DNA from: Novakomyces olei
Taxonomy: Eukaryota
Direction of reading: 5' to 3'
Assembly: GCA_016906335.1 (NCBI GenBank)
Contig: JADEYG010000001.1
Coordinates: forward strand, 868,001 to 932,000
Length of the DNA: 64,000 nt
Both the position numbers and the translations under genes were made by a program. Below, one piece after another: positions 20,930-35,046 of the stretch (its first letter is position 1; the number at the start of each line of letters is the position of its first letter). Under the pieces are notes generated by a model, which was not told the DNA's origin, ran no database searches, and saw only the letters and a list, made by a program, of their open reading frames with translations.

Positions 20930-21047
20930 TACATATTTATACGATATTTATACAATATTCATACAATATTTTACAATATTTATACAGTATTCATACAATA
21001 TTTTACAATATTTATACAGTATTCATACAATATTTATACAATATTTT
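20930..21047. repeat. AT-rich degenerate repeat (ATACAATATTT-type)
   Basis: Directly visible. Confidence 0.8.
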
Positions 21048-21404
21048 ATGCAACTTGGACGTGCCAATATTAACCATCGGTCGGAATAATCATTTTCTAC
21101 GAGACAAACAAGATTGCACGAGGTAATTGCCGATATACAGCTCTCTCATGTACTTGTCAATCAGCCATCTAAAAACATCTCCAATATCAAGAGCCCAATA
21201 CCAAACGATTCGTCCTACGAATCACGGTTCCGTCTTGACCGAATCAACGAGTGTACTGCCCTATACCAATCGCTATACAAAGAAAAGTGGCCCTTTAAAA
21301 GCGCCCAACTGACAAGAGCAGATGAACTAGTAATCATTCTCATCCAATCTGCCAGCCTGCTTTTTCTAATTATTAATAGCCGGATGACGAGCACGTAAAA
21401 GGCA

Positions 21405-23422
21405 TCAAGGTAAGCGCTTATTACGTCCATGCGTAGACAGGTCTCCCAGCTCCGTAGAGATATCAGACTCTTCGTCATTGCCGCTAAATACTTCATGGTA
21501 TTTGAATCGGGAAGTCGGTGATCGCGAGCGTCTTCGTTCGCGAACAACGAAAAAGGCAAGCGCTCCGCTCAGAATTACTACAACTACAAGGGCAACACTG
21601 CCCGCTCGGTAGTACGCTCGCCAGGTTGCTTTTTGTACTTTTTCTTCATCATCATCTTCTTCTTCGTCCTTGCCCTGGTCTTGATCATGTCCAGTGCCAT
21701 CTTGTTGCCCTTTATGCTCATTGTCTCCAGCACCAGTCTCGCTTGATGGGGCCCCGACACTGGATTTTACAACAGTGGAGGCAAAAGCTGGATCGACACC
21801 CATAAAACGGTGCAGCATATCCAAAGCAGGCCAGGGCTGATCCACTGGAACCATATGACTGGCGTCCTCTATCAGAACATAGGTCAGATTGTCTCGTGAT
21901 TGAAAGTATCCTGCTCTTTCACCATTAACCACCCAGCCCTGCTTATCACCCTGAGCACTTGCAAAGCCAGTAGCACCTGCCCAATGCAAGTTTTCGATCA
22001 ATGCTTCCGTCCCTATATGATTGCATATTAAATCTTGGTCTCCACTGAACAGCCAGATCGGAATTTTTTCTAAAAGCTCCGGAAACAGAGATATTGCCGG
22101 CTCTGAATGTTCCGCCGAAAAGGCCCGTCCTACAGCACCACTGCACTCTGTCCAGCCCGTCTGCTTGTCTGGATCAACGTGCAGGGCAGATATAACGTCG
22201 TTTCTTCTTAAATAATTCGTGACATTGGGAAGAGACACGGGCCAATTGCTGCCACAAGAAGGGTACTCGTCTTGCAAACGGATATCATACATATTATAAC
22301 AATAAGACTCTCCATTGATTCTGGGTTTATCAGCAAAAATAGGAAATGAATAAAAAAAAATATACATATATTTAAATAAAAAACTTACTCTTTTCGAGAT
22401 CGGTCGAGAATAACATCCAAAATGGCTTCACACTCTTCAACGTTAATAGAGACATTTTTTTGCATATGGTTTGCACATTTAATAGATGCTTCGTTCACTG
22501 CTTCAAGGCCCTTTGCATTGTCTGCAAACATGTTTGTCTGGGATACAAAAGGAAGATACGAGCCGTATTGAGATCGGGGATCAATCCAACCGTTTCCGAT
22601 CAAGATACCCTTGAGATGGTAGTCCCGCGTGTCCAACAGCTTTTTTGCAATGTAAGGCAAGTAAGTGCCAGCGTAGGATTCGCCACTCAAATATAGCTCA
22701 TCGTGACGGTATTCCGGAAAGGTCTCGAAAAACTTATCGAGGAAAACAGCAAAATCATTTGCGATAGGCTCCAGATCATGGCGATACTTGTCCACATCCC
22801 CGTAAGAGAACCCGGTACCCATAGGCTGATCAACAAACAGCAAATTGGCAAAATGATTCCAGGAAGCATTGTTATATTTAAGGCTGCCCCCGGTCGTAGT
22901 GCGGAAGGGGCCCACTTCCATTAAAGCTCCGTCCTCGGAAGAACAGCCAGGACCACCATTGATCCATATTACCTGTTGAATTATTAGAGCCGTTGTTATT
23001 TAAATCCAATTTTCACTGTCGCTGCCTCGTTGTGACTTTTATTTTTGCCAAAGTTTCTGTCGGGCAAAGTGCACAGACACGATTTGTACTATTATGCTCC
23101 TCATTTTAGCGATATCTTACCGTCCGTTGTGCATTACCAATATGTTGGTTCTGCACATGCCAAAAGAACAAATGGCCATTTGATTCTTCGTCAATGGCAA
23201 TATGACTATAATCAGTATTGAGAATGGGTGAATACGTATCCATACCCTGCGTGCATGCGGGTATCAGGCAGTTCTGGCTGACCGGGTAGCCGTTCCACAA
23301 AATAGTCGGCCGCTGATTGGATTAGAGGCAGTTTTATATATATGCAAGTTACCAGACTTTGCCAGCGAGACTGCCGTTAAACAAGACAGTAAAATTGCCT
23401 TTACGGCTGTATAATAGGCCAT
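21405..23422 (-). CDS. KEX1: Pheromone-processing serine carboxypeptidase Kex1, multi-exon
   Basis: Signal peptide MAYYTAVKAILLSCLTAVSLA; WINGGPGCSS, VDQPMGTGFS, GESYAG, GDQDLIC, ASHMVP; acidic stretch, TM helix and cytosolic tail. Confidence 0.93.
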
Positions 23423-23855
23423 CGCGGCTGAAGCTTATTGATGACAACGGGCATCAAAGGTGGGTTGCTGCATACGAAAGTGTGAACACTGAATAACTAA
23501 TATGGAATATAGCTGATGAATTATGGATAGACAAATTGAACAATAAATAAATAACATTTACTTATTCAATATATTTAGAGACCTAGTTTATTAAACTCTA
23601 AAGATGGCTAAACGTCACTTTTGCTAAAAGATTCATTTTTCACTGGATCTAAGGAATGCACAATTTAAAAATAATTCACGTACTTTTTTTAATTAAATGA
23701 GTCTATTACAGCCAATTCTACGAGAACAAATCAGTTCACTCAATGTCAAATTTACACGTTTCAAAAAGACACGATTCTTTAAATATAAACGCCAAGTCGT
23801 CGCTCCAACCATGAATGAGAAGACTCTCATTCATGTGTATGCAAAGGCCAGCGAA

Positions 23856-25640
23856 TCAGTATTCTGGACCGTTCGTTCTGGTATTCATCAATACTTTTGC
23901 CGCTTGCAAAACAGCATAATCGTCTCCATGCTGACCCATTAATTGCAGGCCTAAAGGCATTCCTGCCTCGTCCATTGTAAAAGGCACAGAAATACAAGGT
24001 AGCCCCGCCAGACTGGCCGGCACCGTCATTACGTCGTTGACAAATTCATTGACTGGTGAAGCTTTCTGCGACTCGGCTGCCTCTGAAAGTAAAGGCGCCC
24101 CAGACGCCGAGACAGGCGAGAGTAAAATGTCTACCCGGTCTTGATCATTGTCAGCGTTCTGTGCTACCGTATATTGCTCCTCATAATCAGTAGCAATCTG
24201 CTCTTCATCATCTTTATTTACATATTGAGTGATACCACTCTGAGTAAAAACTTTATCAAACTCCTGTTTGATCAAGCTACGCACTCGTTGTGCTTGCCTG
24301 AAGTAATTGTTCAAATTATCTGACATCAAGGCAAAAGTGCCAGATAGTATCCGCTGCTGAACCTGTTTGCCAAAGCCTTTAGCCCGAGCTACGGAAAAAG
24401 GACTCCAGTGTAATGCCGGGGGCAAATCCCAGTCACTCAAGCCGTAAACGACTCCTCGGTACTTTGCTAAATTAGAGGCAGCTTCAGCAGCAGCCAACAT
24501 GTAGTAGCAAGGCAGCGCCAAGTGAGTCGAGGGTAAAGATACTGGGACGACTTGATGGCCCTGTGACTCAAATATAGCAGCTGCATCAATCCAAGCTTGC
24601 CTCGTTGACTCTTGTAGCTCTGCCACATTAAATTCAAGAGGAATGCCTATCCGAAGCTTCCGTGGCTCTTTACGCATTCGGCTCCGAGCTATCTCCGACA
24701 CACTAGTAGGGTCATCCGAGTCGTGTATATTCATCACGGCTTTTTTATTGGTTAGATACACTGTAGCCATTAGGTGTTGTTTGCTCTTACCAAATGCCGA
24801 TTCTATCAAGGACATATTGTTTGCCAGAATGCCTACAGTATCCAGGCTGTTCGCGTATGGGATCACACCAAAGCGTGAAATTAACCCGTAAGAAGGTTTA
24901 AAGCCATATACACCGCAGTAGCTAGCAGGCAATCGGACTGAACCGCCGGTGTCGGTACCTAGCGCACTTTTACATTTTAGCCAATAGATTAAAAAAACAT
25001 AATGACAGGATAAACATGCTTTAAGAATGAAGTAATTTAAACAATAGAAAAAAATAAAAATAAAAATAAAGCAGCAGAATAATGAATTTCATCTATATTT
25101 TTCGTTTCTGAAAAATAAGAGAAGCTTATTACATTTCAGCTTGACGACTCGCAATCGCTACGGCGGATCCGCCCGAGCTTCCACCGGGTGAACGGCCTTC
25201 GCCATGTACATTTACGCACTGTCCAAAAGCAGAGTGCATACATTGCGATCTGGCTGTTAGACATATATTTTCAGAATAAGATATCCATAGCAATTAATGC
25301 AAGGCATATAAAAAAAAGAAGCATACCCCATTCCAAACTCGTCCATGTTTGTCTTTCCAACGACCAAAGCTCCAGAATTGCGTAAAAGCGCAACGCAGGA
25401 AGCCTCAAACGAGCTGTAATAGTCTGCAAGCATACGTGAGGCACAAGTTGTTGGAAAATCGCTGGTACAAATATTATCTTTGACGGCCAGACGCAATCCG
25501 CGCAAAGGGGCGCCATGAACAATTTTGCTTGCATTTAAAGCAACCACTGGTGTTTCACCAAGCGGCCGGCGAACCGCTTGCGAGGCTAACGTAATAAAAC
25601 AGCGGTAAGGATCGCTCAAAGCCGCTCGTGACGGTTTCAT
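23856..25640 (-). CDS. HER2: Mitochondrial Glu-tRNA(Gln) amidotransferase subunit A
   Basis: [50 protein letters not shown] across spliced exons. Confidence 0.92.
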
Positions 25641-26424
25641 TGCGATCCTTCTTTAAATTGAAGGAGATAAAGAAACGATCAAGACGCGTGCATGACCAAT
25701 GGTCACATCTAGATTGAGTAGGAGCCTGAAAGTCAAGCTAATCACTACAAGTGTTTAGCGTTATAACGCGGTATATGTTTGCCACAAACTGAGAGAAACG
25801 ACGGCAGCTCTCGATGAGCCAGACGCTCTTTGCCCTAGTTAATATAATCTGTATAATAATTATTATTAAATATATATTAAATAAATTATTAAATAAATAA
25901 TGCATGCACGTTTATACAGTAAAACTCAGACAAAATAACTATAAAATGATTCCTATGCAGTGATTCCAATAATCCTAGTTAGCATTGGATGAAGGCAGGA
26001 CAATACAAGCGCAGTGAATAAACTCCATGTAATGCCATGATAAATGCAGACAAGACACGTCATCTTTTTGTCCATTTGATACGCTTTTCACAGACAGCCA
26101 AACCGGCTTTTCGTCTTTCTTCTTGTAATAATTATAGTAATTATTTGAAACCTGGCCTTGCGAGCTACATTGCTTGTGATAAATTTCAAGCAGCGGCACT
26201 GGAATAAGGAATGGCAGTTTTGTACACGCCTTTACCGATACAGCAGTAAGTGTGATCCAAACTCGCAGTTTACCCACTGAGCACTCGCGTACCACAGTTG
26301 CTTCAATGTGCGTGTAATCTTCAGATTGAGCGCGTCGAGCGCGTAACGTTGAACACGAGTTCTCTGTCTTCCCACTTTACGGAAACGCTCGAGGCGACAC
26401 TATCGACTGAGGCCAAAGTCCATA

Positions 26425-27999
26425 ATGGATTTTCTGAAACGAGCAGCTGCCGCTGCTCGCCGGACTGTAGGCTCAAGCAATGGCACTGACGCGGATTATG
26501 AAAAATTAAACAGGTCACGGAAAAGTGCGCCTAAACCCGTGGATGATGATACAGAGCGAGAAGATGGAGATCAAGCTTTGTCTGATCTTGATCCGGAAGC
26601 ACCTCTGCCGCCGCTGGAGGAAGGCGATACGGATGATCAGCATTTATTCTACTCACAAGAAGCACCCTACGTAACAATGGCTACAGAGGACGTAAGCATA
26701 AGGCTCCCAGACTGGGGTGGCGGCCTCGTAAATTCGTTTTTCAATATGGTATTGCACGAATAAAATATTGACATGCTGACCAAAGGCAAATTCTATTATT
26801 GGCGCGGGTATTATCGGCCTGCCGTATGCATTTCGCTGCACAGGAATTTTGTTGGGCATTGTTCTGCTCGTTGTCCTAACCGTAATCGTGGACTGGACGA
26901 TTAGGTAAGATCGGCATCAAAGCAAGCATCCACTAACAGTAGACTGATTGTGGTTAACGCGAAACTAAGTGGCCAAAACTCGTACCAGGAAACGGTGGCC
27001 ACCTGTTTTGGGCACTATGGAGAAATTGCCGTGTGCTTGGCGCAGTTTGCCTTTGCGTTTGGGGGTATGTGTGCTTTTGGCATTATTATAGGCGACACTA
27101 TCCCGCCGGTTATGTCAGCAGTCTTCCCCAAACTCAAATCAGTTGCAGTATTATCGCTCCTGACTAATCGGTACGCTGTAATCGTGCTGTTTACCCTGTT
27201 TGTTTCCTATCCACTTTCATTGTACCGGGATATCAGCAAGCTCGCCAAGGCCAGTGCACTGGCGCTAATTAGCATGACTATCATTATAACCACCGTTATT
27301 ATTGAAGGCCCTATTGTACAAAAGGAATGGAAGGGTACAGAGAGCCCTAAAGTGGTCTCTGCTTCACTCCGCACCTTTCAGGCTATCGGTATCATTTCTT
27401 TTGCCTTTGTTTGCCACCACAATTCCTTGTTGATTTATGGATCATTGAAGAAGCCAACACTTGACCGCTTTGCCCGCATTACCCATATATCCACGGGTGT
27501 CAGTTGCGTGGCGTGTATGATAATGGCATTAAGCGGATATTTGGTATTTACGGACCGCACTCAGGGAAACATTCTTAATAATTTCCCACAACGTGGCAAC
27601 GTTCTCGTGACCATTGCACGCATTGCCTTTGGCTTCAATATGATGACGACTTCACCTCTAGAGGCTTTTGTGTGCCGTGAAGTTTATTCTCACTACTTTT
27701 ATCCGAACGGAAGCATGCCTCGAGGTCAGCATATTGCGTTTACTACATGCATTGTTTTTTCGGGCATGCTACTCTCCCTTTTCGTTCGTGATTTGGGCGT
27801 TGTGTTGGATATCACGGGGGGTACTTCTGCCTGTGCGCTCGCTTACATTATACCTCCTCTGTGCTATATGCGACAAATTTCGGGGGATTGGAAACGTGAT
27901 CGTCGCGTTTGGATTAGTGGGGCTTGCGTTGTATTTGGAACGGTTGTCATGGTTATTTCTATCGTGCAGACCATTTTTAAAATCCTCGGATTCGCTTAG
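26425..27999 (+). CDS. AVT2: Aa_trans-family amino acid transporter, Avt2/SLC38A11-like, 3 exons
   Basis: FFNM|ANSIIGAGIIGLPYA, ISFAFVCHHNSLLIYGSLKKPTLDRF; two short introns. Confidence 0.88.
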
Positions 28000-28579
28000 A
28001 CGGATCACCGCTGTTTATACATTCCACCTAGTAATAATCATGAAACGACGGACAAATGCTCTTTGCCCTTGTATCTGTGTCCGTCTCGCACAAATATTAC
28101 TTGTACATCTTCCTTCTCTTGTCATCTTACTTGACCGTCAGCTGTAATATTACTGGTAGTATTCTGAAATATTACTTGACATTAATCTAATTGTGCGAGC
28201 TTATCGCGTAAAACGATATCGTCTACTCGCTCGATTTGTTAATATGAGAGATTCGCACTGGCTGCTGCAAACAGTTGATAATGCAAAACAATAGGGCTCT
28301 AAGAGAATAGGGCTCCAAGAGAAAGTGGCATAAACTAACATAATAGCAAACCCATTATTAAAATCTAGTACTAAACCATTCAATGTAAGAGACCTTTAGT
28401 CAGGATCCAGAGTCAGCTCGACGGCGGACCGGCCTCGTGCGAGAAATGCGCGTTGGCGTATACTGAAACTGGAATTTAAAATTCAAATAAATTGAAGCAT
28501 AAACCAAGAATCGCAAACAATATAGCTATCACTGCGGGACCCAAAATGTATAGAATAAAAAGCACCCAAACCCATTCAG

Positions 28580-29546
28580 CTACCGTCGCTTCCGTATCAG
28601 CGACGCCTGTGTCTGTGACTGCTGTGACGCGAGCCGACGAATCATACTTAAATCGTCCGTAGTATCAGAATCAGCTGCCCCCGCCAGTCCTCGCTCAACT
28701 GCCTTTTCCCGCTCCCGCTCCTGCCTTTCAACGGTACGTGAGTCCCTATCCTTCTCCTTGTCTCGGAAAGAGTAAGGTGAAAGGCCAACGTTCAAGCTGG
28801 ACATGGGCAGCCCTTTCCGCTGCTTCCCCCCCAGCAACTCTTCCAGCGACTGAGCGCCACTATCTGCCGCTCGCCGGTGCCGGAGCTTTCTGCGGTCGAC
28901 GACACTGCCAGCACCGCCAGCACCGTTGCTGGATGCAGGGTCAGTAAGGCACTGGCTCAGCATTGTCCCATCAGCGGCAATATCAAGCAGCTCCTTGTCC
29001 TCACGCAGCTTTTGCCGTTTGTGCTGTAAGCTATCCAGCAGTGAAGATTTGAGCGTGGCTCTATTAGCAGCAAACTCCTCTTCTGCCGCTACCACTTCCC
29101 TCTCATACTCACGCTCTGCCCGCTCCTCCAGAAAGGCAATGTAGCACCGTATATTGCTCAGCTCCTCTTCATGCACGCCTTCCAGCTGCTCAACTCCCGC
29201 AATGTACTCGGGACACGTTCCGTCGTGGAGGGCAGACAGCTGCAGCTGTAACGCTGTCAACTGCTGCCTGAAAAACTGGTCGCGCTCCGCAATGAACCGG
29301 GACGTAAAGCGGGCAAGCTTCTCCATAATAGCGCGCTGACGCCGGTCTTTCTTGTGGCCGCTTTGGCCATACTCATAGTCCTGTCCGTAGTCGGTATAGT
29401 CTGGAGAAAAGACAGGCAGCCTGGTGCCAGCTCTGGCACCACAGCCATACCCGCAGCACAGGTCAGCCACTTGAGCAGAGTAGGAAAAGTATACGGCACT
29501 TACCCTCGGCATACTCGTCGTGAGCAGCAGTTGTTAGCACGTCCAT
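28580..29546 (-). CDS. SDS3: Sds3-like subunit of the Rpd3L/Sin3 HDAC complex
   Basis: Coiled coil FIAERDQFFRQQL...LHDGTCPEY, KRQKLREDKELLDI and RKLRHR. Exon 29546-29504, intron 29503-29401, phases match. Confidence 0.78.
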
Positions 29547-29710
29547 GCAGACCGATCGTGTCTGCTCCGTAGACGGAAGTCCAGTTGCCTCACGTAAAAG
29601 AAGATGGATGATAGATGGATGGATGCTTAGTGCGCTAATATGGAGAGTGCTTTAGTATGAGTCTGCTGTATTTAATTTACTATTTACTAATTTTTTTTGT
29701 TTGACAGAAT

Positions 29711-29713
<3 letters not shown>

Positions 29714-29749
<36 letters not shown>

Positions 29750-29850
29750 TGGAGGTGGTCGACAGATTCGTAAGGAACGCATTTTATCGCGTTGGATAAT
29801 AGTAAATGTCGATAAATTATAAATGTCGATAAATTATAAATGTCGATAAA
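29714..29850. repeat. (TA)n tract plus about 3x AAATGTCGATAAATTAT
   Basis: Directly visible in the SDS3/NOP15 divergent gap. Confidence 0.85.
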
Positions 29851-29974
29851 CAATAGATATCTAAATAATAATAAATGTCTAAATAAAAGGCTATACTCGA
29901 TATTACATTCTTAGGGTTAGGGTTAAATGCTAATAAAATTATTTGAGCAGAAAATTTCGAGATATTGCTGGGCA

Positions 29975-30941
29975 ATGGCGACGAGCAGCAAGAGCAAAAT
30001 CAAGAGCGCAGCGCCGCAGACTGCGCGCAAGCGCAAAGCAGAAGCGGGTACTTAAAATTCATTTGCTTTTCTATATAATTATCGGTTTCTGACTTATAGA
30101 TGCTTCAGCAGGCAAGAAACGCAAGGGCTTCTCGGTCGCTGTTGGCAGTGGCCGATTGCCTCCACCGCCGCCAGCAGACACAGAGTCTGACGGGGAGAAG
30201 GTAGTGTTTGACGAAACATCGCTGCAAAATTTATCGGACTCTGGAGCCGAATCCGAAGAGGCGGAGAGTAGCGAGTCGCGCGACGAGTCAGGCAATGAAT
30301 CAGCTAATGATTCAGATGACTCTGGATCTGAGTCGGAGGCTCTCGAGGAGTTTGACGAGCAGCCAGAGCCAGGATTAGGGGTACGGCCGCTGAATGTGTT
30401 GCAGCAAACAGCCACAAAAGCTGCTGCCCGGCAAAAGTCTGTTGGCAAAAAGGCACGTGGAGTAATATACGTGGGGCGTATCCCTCATGGATTCTACGAA
30501 GACGAAATGCGCGGTTATTTCTCACAATTTGGTAATATCACCCGGCTACGGCTCTCGCGTAATAAAAAGACGGGTAGGAGTAAGCATTACGCTTTTATCG
30601 AGTTTGAGCACGCAGATGTTGCGCCGATAGTCGCAGAGGCAATGCACAATTATTTACTTTTGGGCCGTTTGCTCCAATGCTTTGTTGTTCCCACAGAACA
30701 AGTTCATGAAAAGCTGTTTGAAGGCGCCAATAAACGGTATCGTCCAGTTCCTATTGGGAGACGTGTACGCCAAGACCTGGAAAGGCCACGGACGCAAAAG
30801 CAGATGGACCGAATTTTGAGGAGGCGCGGTGAACGGGCGAGGCGTAATAAGGCTGCGCTGGCTGCTGCTGGTATAGATTATGAGTATACTGCGCCATCTG
30901 CGAAGAAGAGCGGCAAGAAATCAAAGGGGGCGGGTTCATAG
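29975..30941 (+). CDS. NOP15: Nucleolar RRM protein Nop15/NIFK
   Basis: IYVGRIPHGFYE...YFSQFG...RLSRNKKTGRSKHYAFIEF...MHNYLL; one 5' intron at about 30048-30099. Confidence 0.92.
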
Positions 30942-31187
30942 ATCAGACTTTATACTAGGTTTTAATTCATTCACTTGTAGTAATATTTTATCATACATTC
31001 TGCGATAGACACGGAGGCTTTTCATAATTTTTATGCCCGCCCAATTTTGTCGCTTTATTTATTTCGTGTTTTACATGACGAAAAGGCTAAACACTCGATA
31101 TGCAGGCAAATGTAATTTTTGTATTTTTGTGGTGTAGTACAGTTATGATTATATGAATTATAATTCTACAGACATGGCTACACATGT

Positions 31188-32939
31188 TCACCGCCTCCAC
31201 AGGCTGCGGAGGAAGCCTTTGCTCTGTGCTACAGGCTCCTGTTGGCCCAATTCCACTTGGCCCGGCTTTTGCTCTAATGGACCAGTGTTTTCGTCCAGGC
31301 CGATAAACCTTGAGGCGATATCAAACACCACCGGCTTGTGAGGAATCGGCTCAAGCTCTAAAGGCAGTCTCACTAGATCCCTTGAAATATCAACCGCCGA
31401 TCTGAAAGTCGCACTCTGCGTCTCTGGCGGATTATCGCCTTCGACCAAAGGTGCGGCGCGATTAGCCGCCTCACTGCGCAAATCAAATGTGGCCAGGACC
31501 TGGTAAGTGGCTAAAAACGACTCTGCCTGTTCCAATGTGCTGCGAATAATGTTAGCGTCAAGCGTCAAGGTACCAGGCAAAACACCCTCCCGATCAAAAT
31601 GCTCTGTTGCCTGATTCAAATACTTTTGGCCCCGTACGCAAAGAGCTAAAGCGTCACGTGCTGCCTCTTGACTCTGAGCAATGTAAAAACAGCGCTGTGC
31701 CCGTACAAAGTTCCCTTTTGCATCCAAGTCAGCGACAAAGGCCTCATCAGCAGCTACTCCGGGCAGTTTATACACGAGATCCAGATCGTTTAAAACAATA
31801 TCGTGCAACTGTACAATATTTAGTAGTAAAGCCGACTTTGTGGGACCAGTGCTAGTATTTGCTTTAGTGGCCGTTGCTATTTGAGCGTGCAAACGGCGTG
31901 CAATCAGCCATTCACGAGCAATTCGGTCGCTCACTACTGTGTGAGAAATAAAAGTGCGAGTAATCATAAGCGGCTCAAGCTCTAGAGTATCAACTTGCCG
32001 GCTCTCTGCCTCGGTCAATGCATGCAAGATTGCTTGCTCTGCCTCTGTGCCAGCGGCCAGTAGCGAGTCAAAGTAGGACTCTAGCGATCGGCCATCTCCG
32101 CCAGCCTTTACATCCTGTGCACTCAAACGTGCCTGTTCCAGTTTCAGTAGGGCAACTGCCACAACAGCGTTTGTCACTGTGACACTGTGGCCCCGCCAGT
32201 CAATCTTAACGGGCGAATTTTCCGATGCGCCTGCGTCGTCGGATTGCATCTCTTTGTCCTTTGCTGCCAGCGATAGTATGTCTCCATTTAACTGGGTAAC
32301 GAGGCGGTACATCTCTTCATCCTTGGCGCGAGGGAAATGCGCTGCTGCCAGGCTCAGAGCGCTAGTAGAGCCCTGTGGCACGTGCTGCCGGTAAGCGGCA
32401 AAGCGTAGAGCCGAGTCCACAGGGTCACATAGTCTAGAGCAGGCCAGGCTGAGGGACTCGTTCTGCGCCATATTGGCCTCGCGCTCAAGCGCTTCAAGAC
32501 CCACACGCGACCCGGAGAGCTGCTCTAGTGCAGAGCCCCATTTGCGAGTCTGTGAGAGGAGCGTTCCCATTACAATGCACTGGTAGACCCGCGTCTGTAG
32601 CAGTGAACAGGCTGAGACGGCTGTTTGTGAGCGCGTAAACTCGGCCAATCGATCAGCGTACTCTGCCGCCCGACGGTACCGTCGCACTACATGCTTGTGT
32701 GAGGAATGGCGCTTTGCACGCAATGCATGGCCCTTGTACAATGCCCGCTCTGCCTGGAACAAAAGAACAAGCGCGAACCGGGGATCAGTGCTTGACGATT
32801 GCGGAGCACTCGGTTTGCGCTGAGCCAGACCGAGCTGCTTTCGCGTCTGTGCGAGACTGCGGCTTAGAAAGGCATTGTAACTGCTGCCAACGAGTTCGTT
32901 GCTCGTACGATGCGCCTCTACCACTGGGAGAATGTCCAT
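31188..32939 (-). CDS. SRP68: Signal recognition particle subunit Srp68
   Basis: LLFQAERA, SALRFAAY, IDWRGH, LEPIPHKPVVFDIA, C-terminal KGFLRSLWRR. Confidence 0.88.
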   Translation of the reverse strand: MDILPVVEAHRTSNELVGSSYNAFLSRSLAQTRKQLGLAQRKPSAPQSSSTDPRFALVLLFQAERALYKGHALRAKRHSSHKHVVRRYRRAAEYADRLAEFTRSQTAVSACSLLQTRVYQCIVMGTLLSQTRKWGSALEQLSGSRVGLEALEREANMAQNESLSLACSRLCDPVDSALRFAAYRQHVPQGSTSALSLAAAHFPRAKDEEMYRLVTQLNGDILSLAAKDKEMQSDDAGASENSPVKIDWRGHSVTVTNAVVAVALLKLEQARLSAQDVKAGGDGRSLESYFDSLLAAGTEAEQAILHALTEAESRQVDTLELEPLMITRTFISHTVVSDRIAREWLIARRLHAQIATATKANTSTGPTKSALLLNIVQLHDIVLNDLDLVYKLPGVAADEAFVADLDAKGNFVRAQRCFYIAQSQEAARDALALCVRGQKYLNQATEHFDREGVLPGTLTLDANIIRSTLEQAESFLATYQVLATFDLRSEAANRAAPLVEGDNPPETQSATFRSAVDISRDLVRLPLELEPIPHKPVVFDIASRFIGLDENTGPLEQKPGQVELGQQEPVAQSKGFLRSLWRR

Positions 32940-32994
32940 CGTGTACTTGTATGAAAGCTGCCTGCCTTTATTTCAAACTTTTTCTTGAAATTGT

Positions 32995-33014
32995 ATTATT
33001 ATTATTATTATTAC

Positions 33015-33073
<59 letters not shown>
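32995..33073. repeat. (TTA)~26 microsatellite
   Basis: Directly visible, one interruption. Confidence 0.95.
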
Positions 33074-33074
<1 letters not shown>

Positions 33075-33209
33075 GTCGTCCAACTTGCACGAGGAATGAC
33101 GGTGCAGAGGTAACACTGTGCCCAGTCTCGGGCCGGTAAATGTGAGACGCTTGTTGAATTTGCTGTAATTTTAAAGTGGCAACACTCTTCCGCAGGCTCA
33201 ACGTGAAAG

Positions 33210-35046
33210 ATGGAGGCGAAAACGTCCAACAATAAAGAGAATGATGGGCTCGAGACCCGAGCGAGCACTGATCAGGGTAGCAGGGCCAATGTGAATGCGG
33301 AGGACGCAGGTTCTGCGCTGCCGACAGGTGAAGGAGATGTTGTGGTGGAGGAGCAGACCGAGAGTCTTGTGGAGACAGAGATGGAGGGCCCGGGAAGTCG
33401 AGGGGGAAACCGAGAAGTTTTTCCCGGGCAGATAGTGGATGGTCCAGGCGAGGATGTACGCGTCGAGACAATTAGCGATAGCGGTATAGGGCATCGGTCT
33501 GGCGACCGAGCGAACGGACAAGTTGGGCCGCAGGTACAGGAAGACGAGGCGGTGAAGGAGCAGGAATCAGTGGATGGTCAATTGCAAGACCGGGATATTG
33601 TTATTGAAATACCGATGGACAGGAGCGTAGAGATGGAGGAGCAGACATTTACATCCGCATCTAATGATACAAACGAAAACGTGGTCAATGTTGGAGGTGA
33701 GGAGGATGGGAAGGAGGACGATATGGGACAAAATCTTTTGGTTTCGCCGACTGGCCGGGCAAGCCCCAGACACTGTGACAATGATTTGAGCAAAGCCGGA
33801 GCCGAGGACAATAATATTTCGCATTCAGCAAGCGCTCCACTCTCGCCCGGCCGGAATCGATGGAGATCAAGGCAGAAATCTATCTCCGGTCTGGGCGGTG
33901 CCTCACCTTATTCTGAGGATGGCCAGCAGAGCACGATGGTCGCTTTAAGCCGCGAAATTGGGTTACATGAAGATCATCTCCTCACACCCTCGTCCACGCG
34001 ATCAAAACGGCATAGTGTTGTAGGCAGCGATAATGGGGACGATGATACTACCAACAACGACAACGAGACCGAACAAAATGGTGAGATGGAAGAAGGTAAC
34101 GACGATGATGATGATGATGATGATGATTTTGGAGATTTTGGAGATTTCGAAGGTGGAGATGAAGAGCCAGAGGGTAACGTCGTTGACCATCTTCTCCATT
34201 CGTGGGACGTGATGGCTGAGCAGCCGGGAACACGGTCGGCATTGGACGATCTTGTAAACATGATTTACCCTAGTAAAACAAACTTGAATCTCCTGGCAGA
34301 GGAAGCAGGGAGCCAACCGCGCGGCAAGCCAAGTGCTGATACGGACAAAAATAATTCAGATGCAAACAGTGCTATGCTAAAAGGCACTAGCAAAACTCTA
34401 TGGGAGCAATTAAGGACAATGCCGCCCTCGGAGCCAATGGATTGGACTCGGTCAAAAGTGCGAAGACTGTTTTTCGTGTCACTCGGTATTCCCGTGGATC
34501 TCGATGAGATTCATGGAGTTTCAAAGAAATTAAAACGGTTAACCGTTACCCTGTCCGACAGCCACTCAAAGCGGTCTTCCGGTATAGCTAACGGCAGTGC
34601 AGCAAGTGGCGAACGTTCGCTATGGCGCAATATGCAACAGGCTCGTGCGCTGTGCAACGAAATGACACAAGGTACTGAGAATTATATATTTGGGACTTTT
34701 ACGACAAATTTAATGCCTTTCTATCTGTTAAATCTGCGTATTCATCTCTAGATTTGCTTGCCTTTGCCTATCATTCGTTTAACAATTTATATTTCCAGTC
34801 CCATACGCTCCCCCTGTTGGTTAAAGCACTAATCGTCTAGAATCAATTGCGAGTGAGCCACCAAACGCCGTGAGAGATTATATAGAGCGACTGGAGCGTA
34901 TGCTCGTAGTCGTTCGTGAGTGCTTGGAGTATTGGACGATTAAACGAGACATTGCTGCAAGCGATCGGCAGGCGTTTGAGGCGGTGGTGGAGAATATGGT
35001 CGATCGAGCCAAGCGTGTGCGCATCCTCCGCCGACGGCAAAAATAG
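33210..35046 (+). CDS. LAA2: AP-1 accessory protein Laa2-like (DUF5102)
   Basis: Acidic DDDFGDFGDF motif; WTRSKVRRLFFVSLGIPVDLDEI; intron 34672-34840, then an exon encoding LEYW...DRQAFEAVVENMV. Confidence 0.75.
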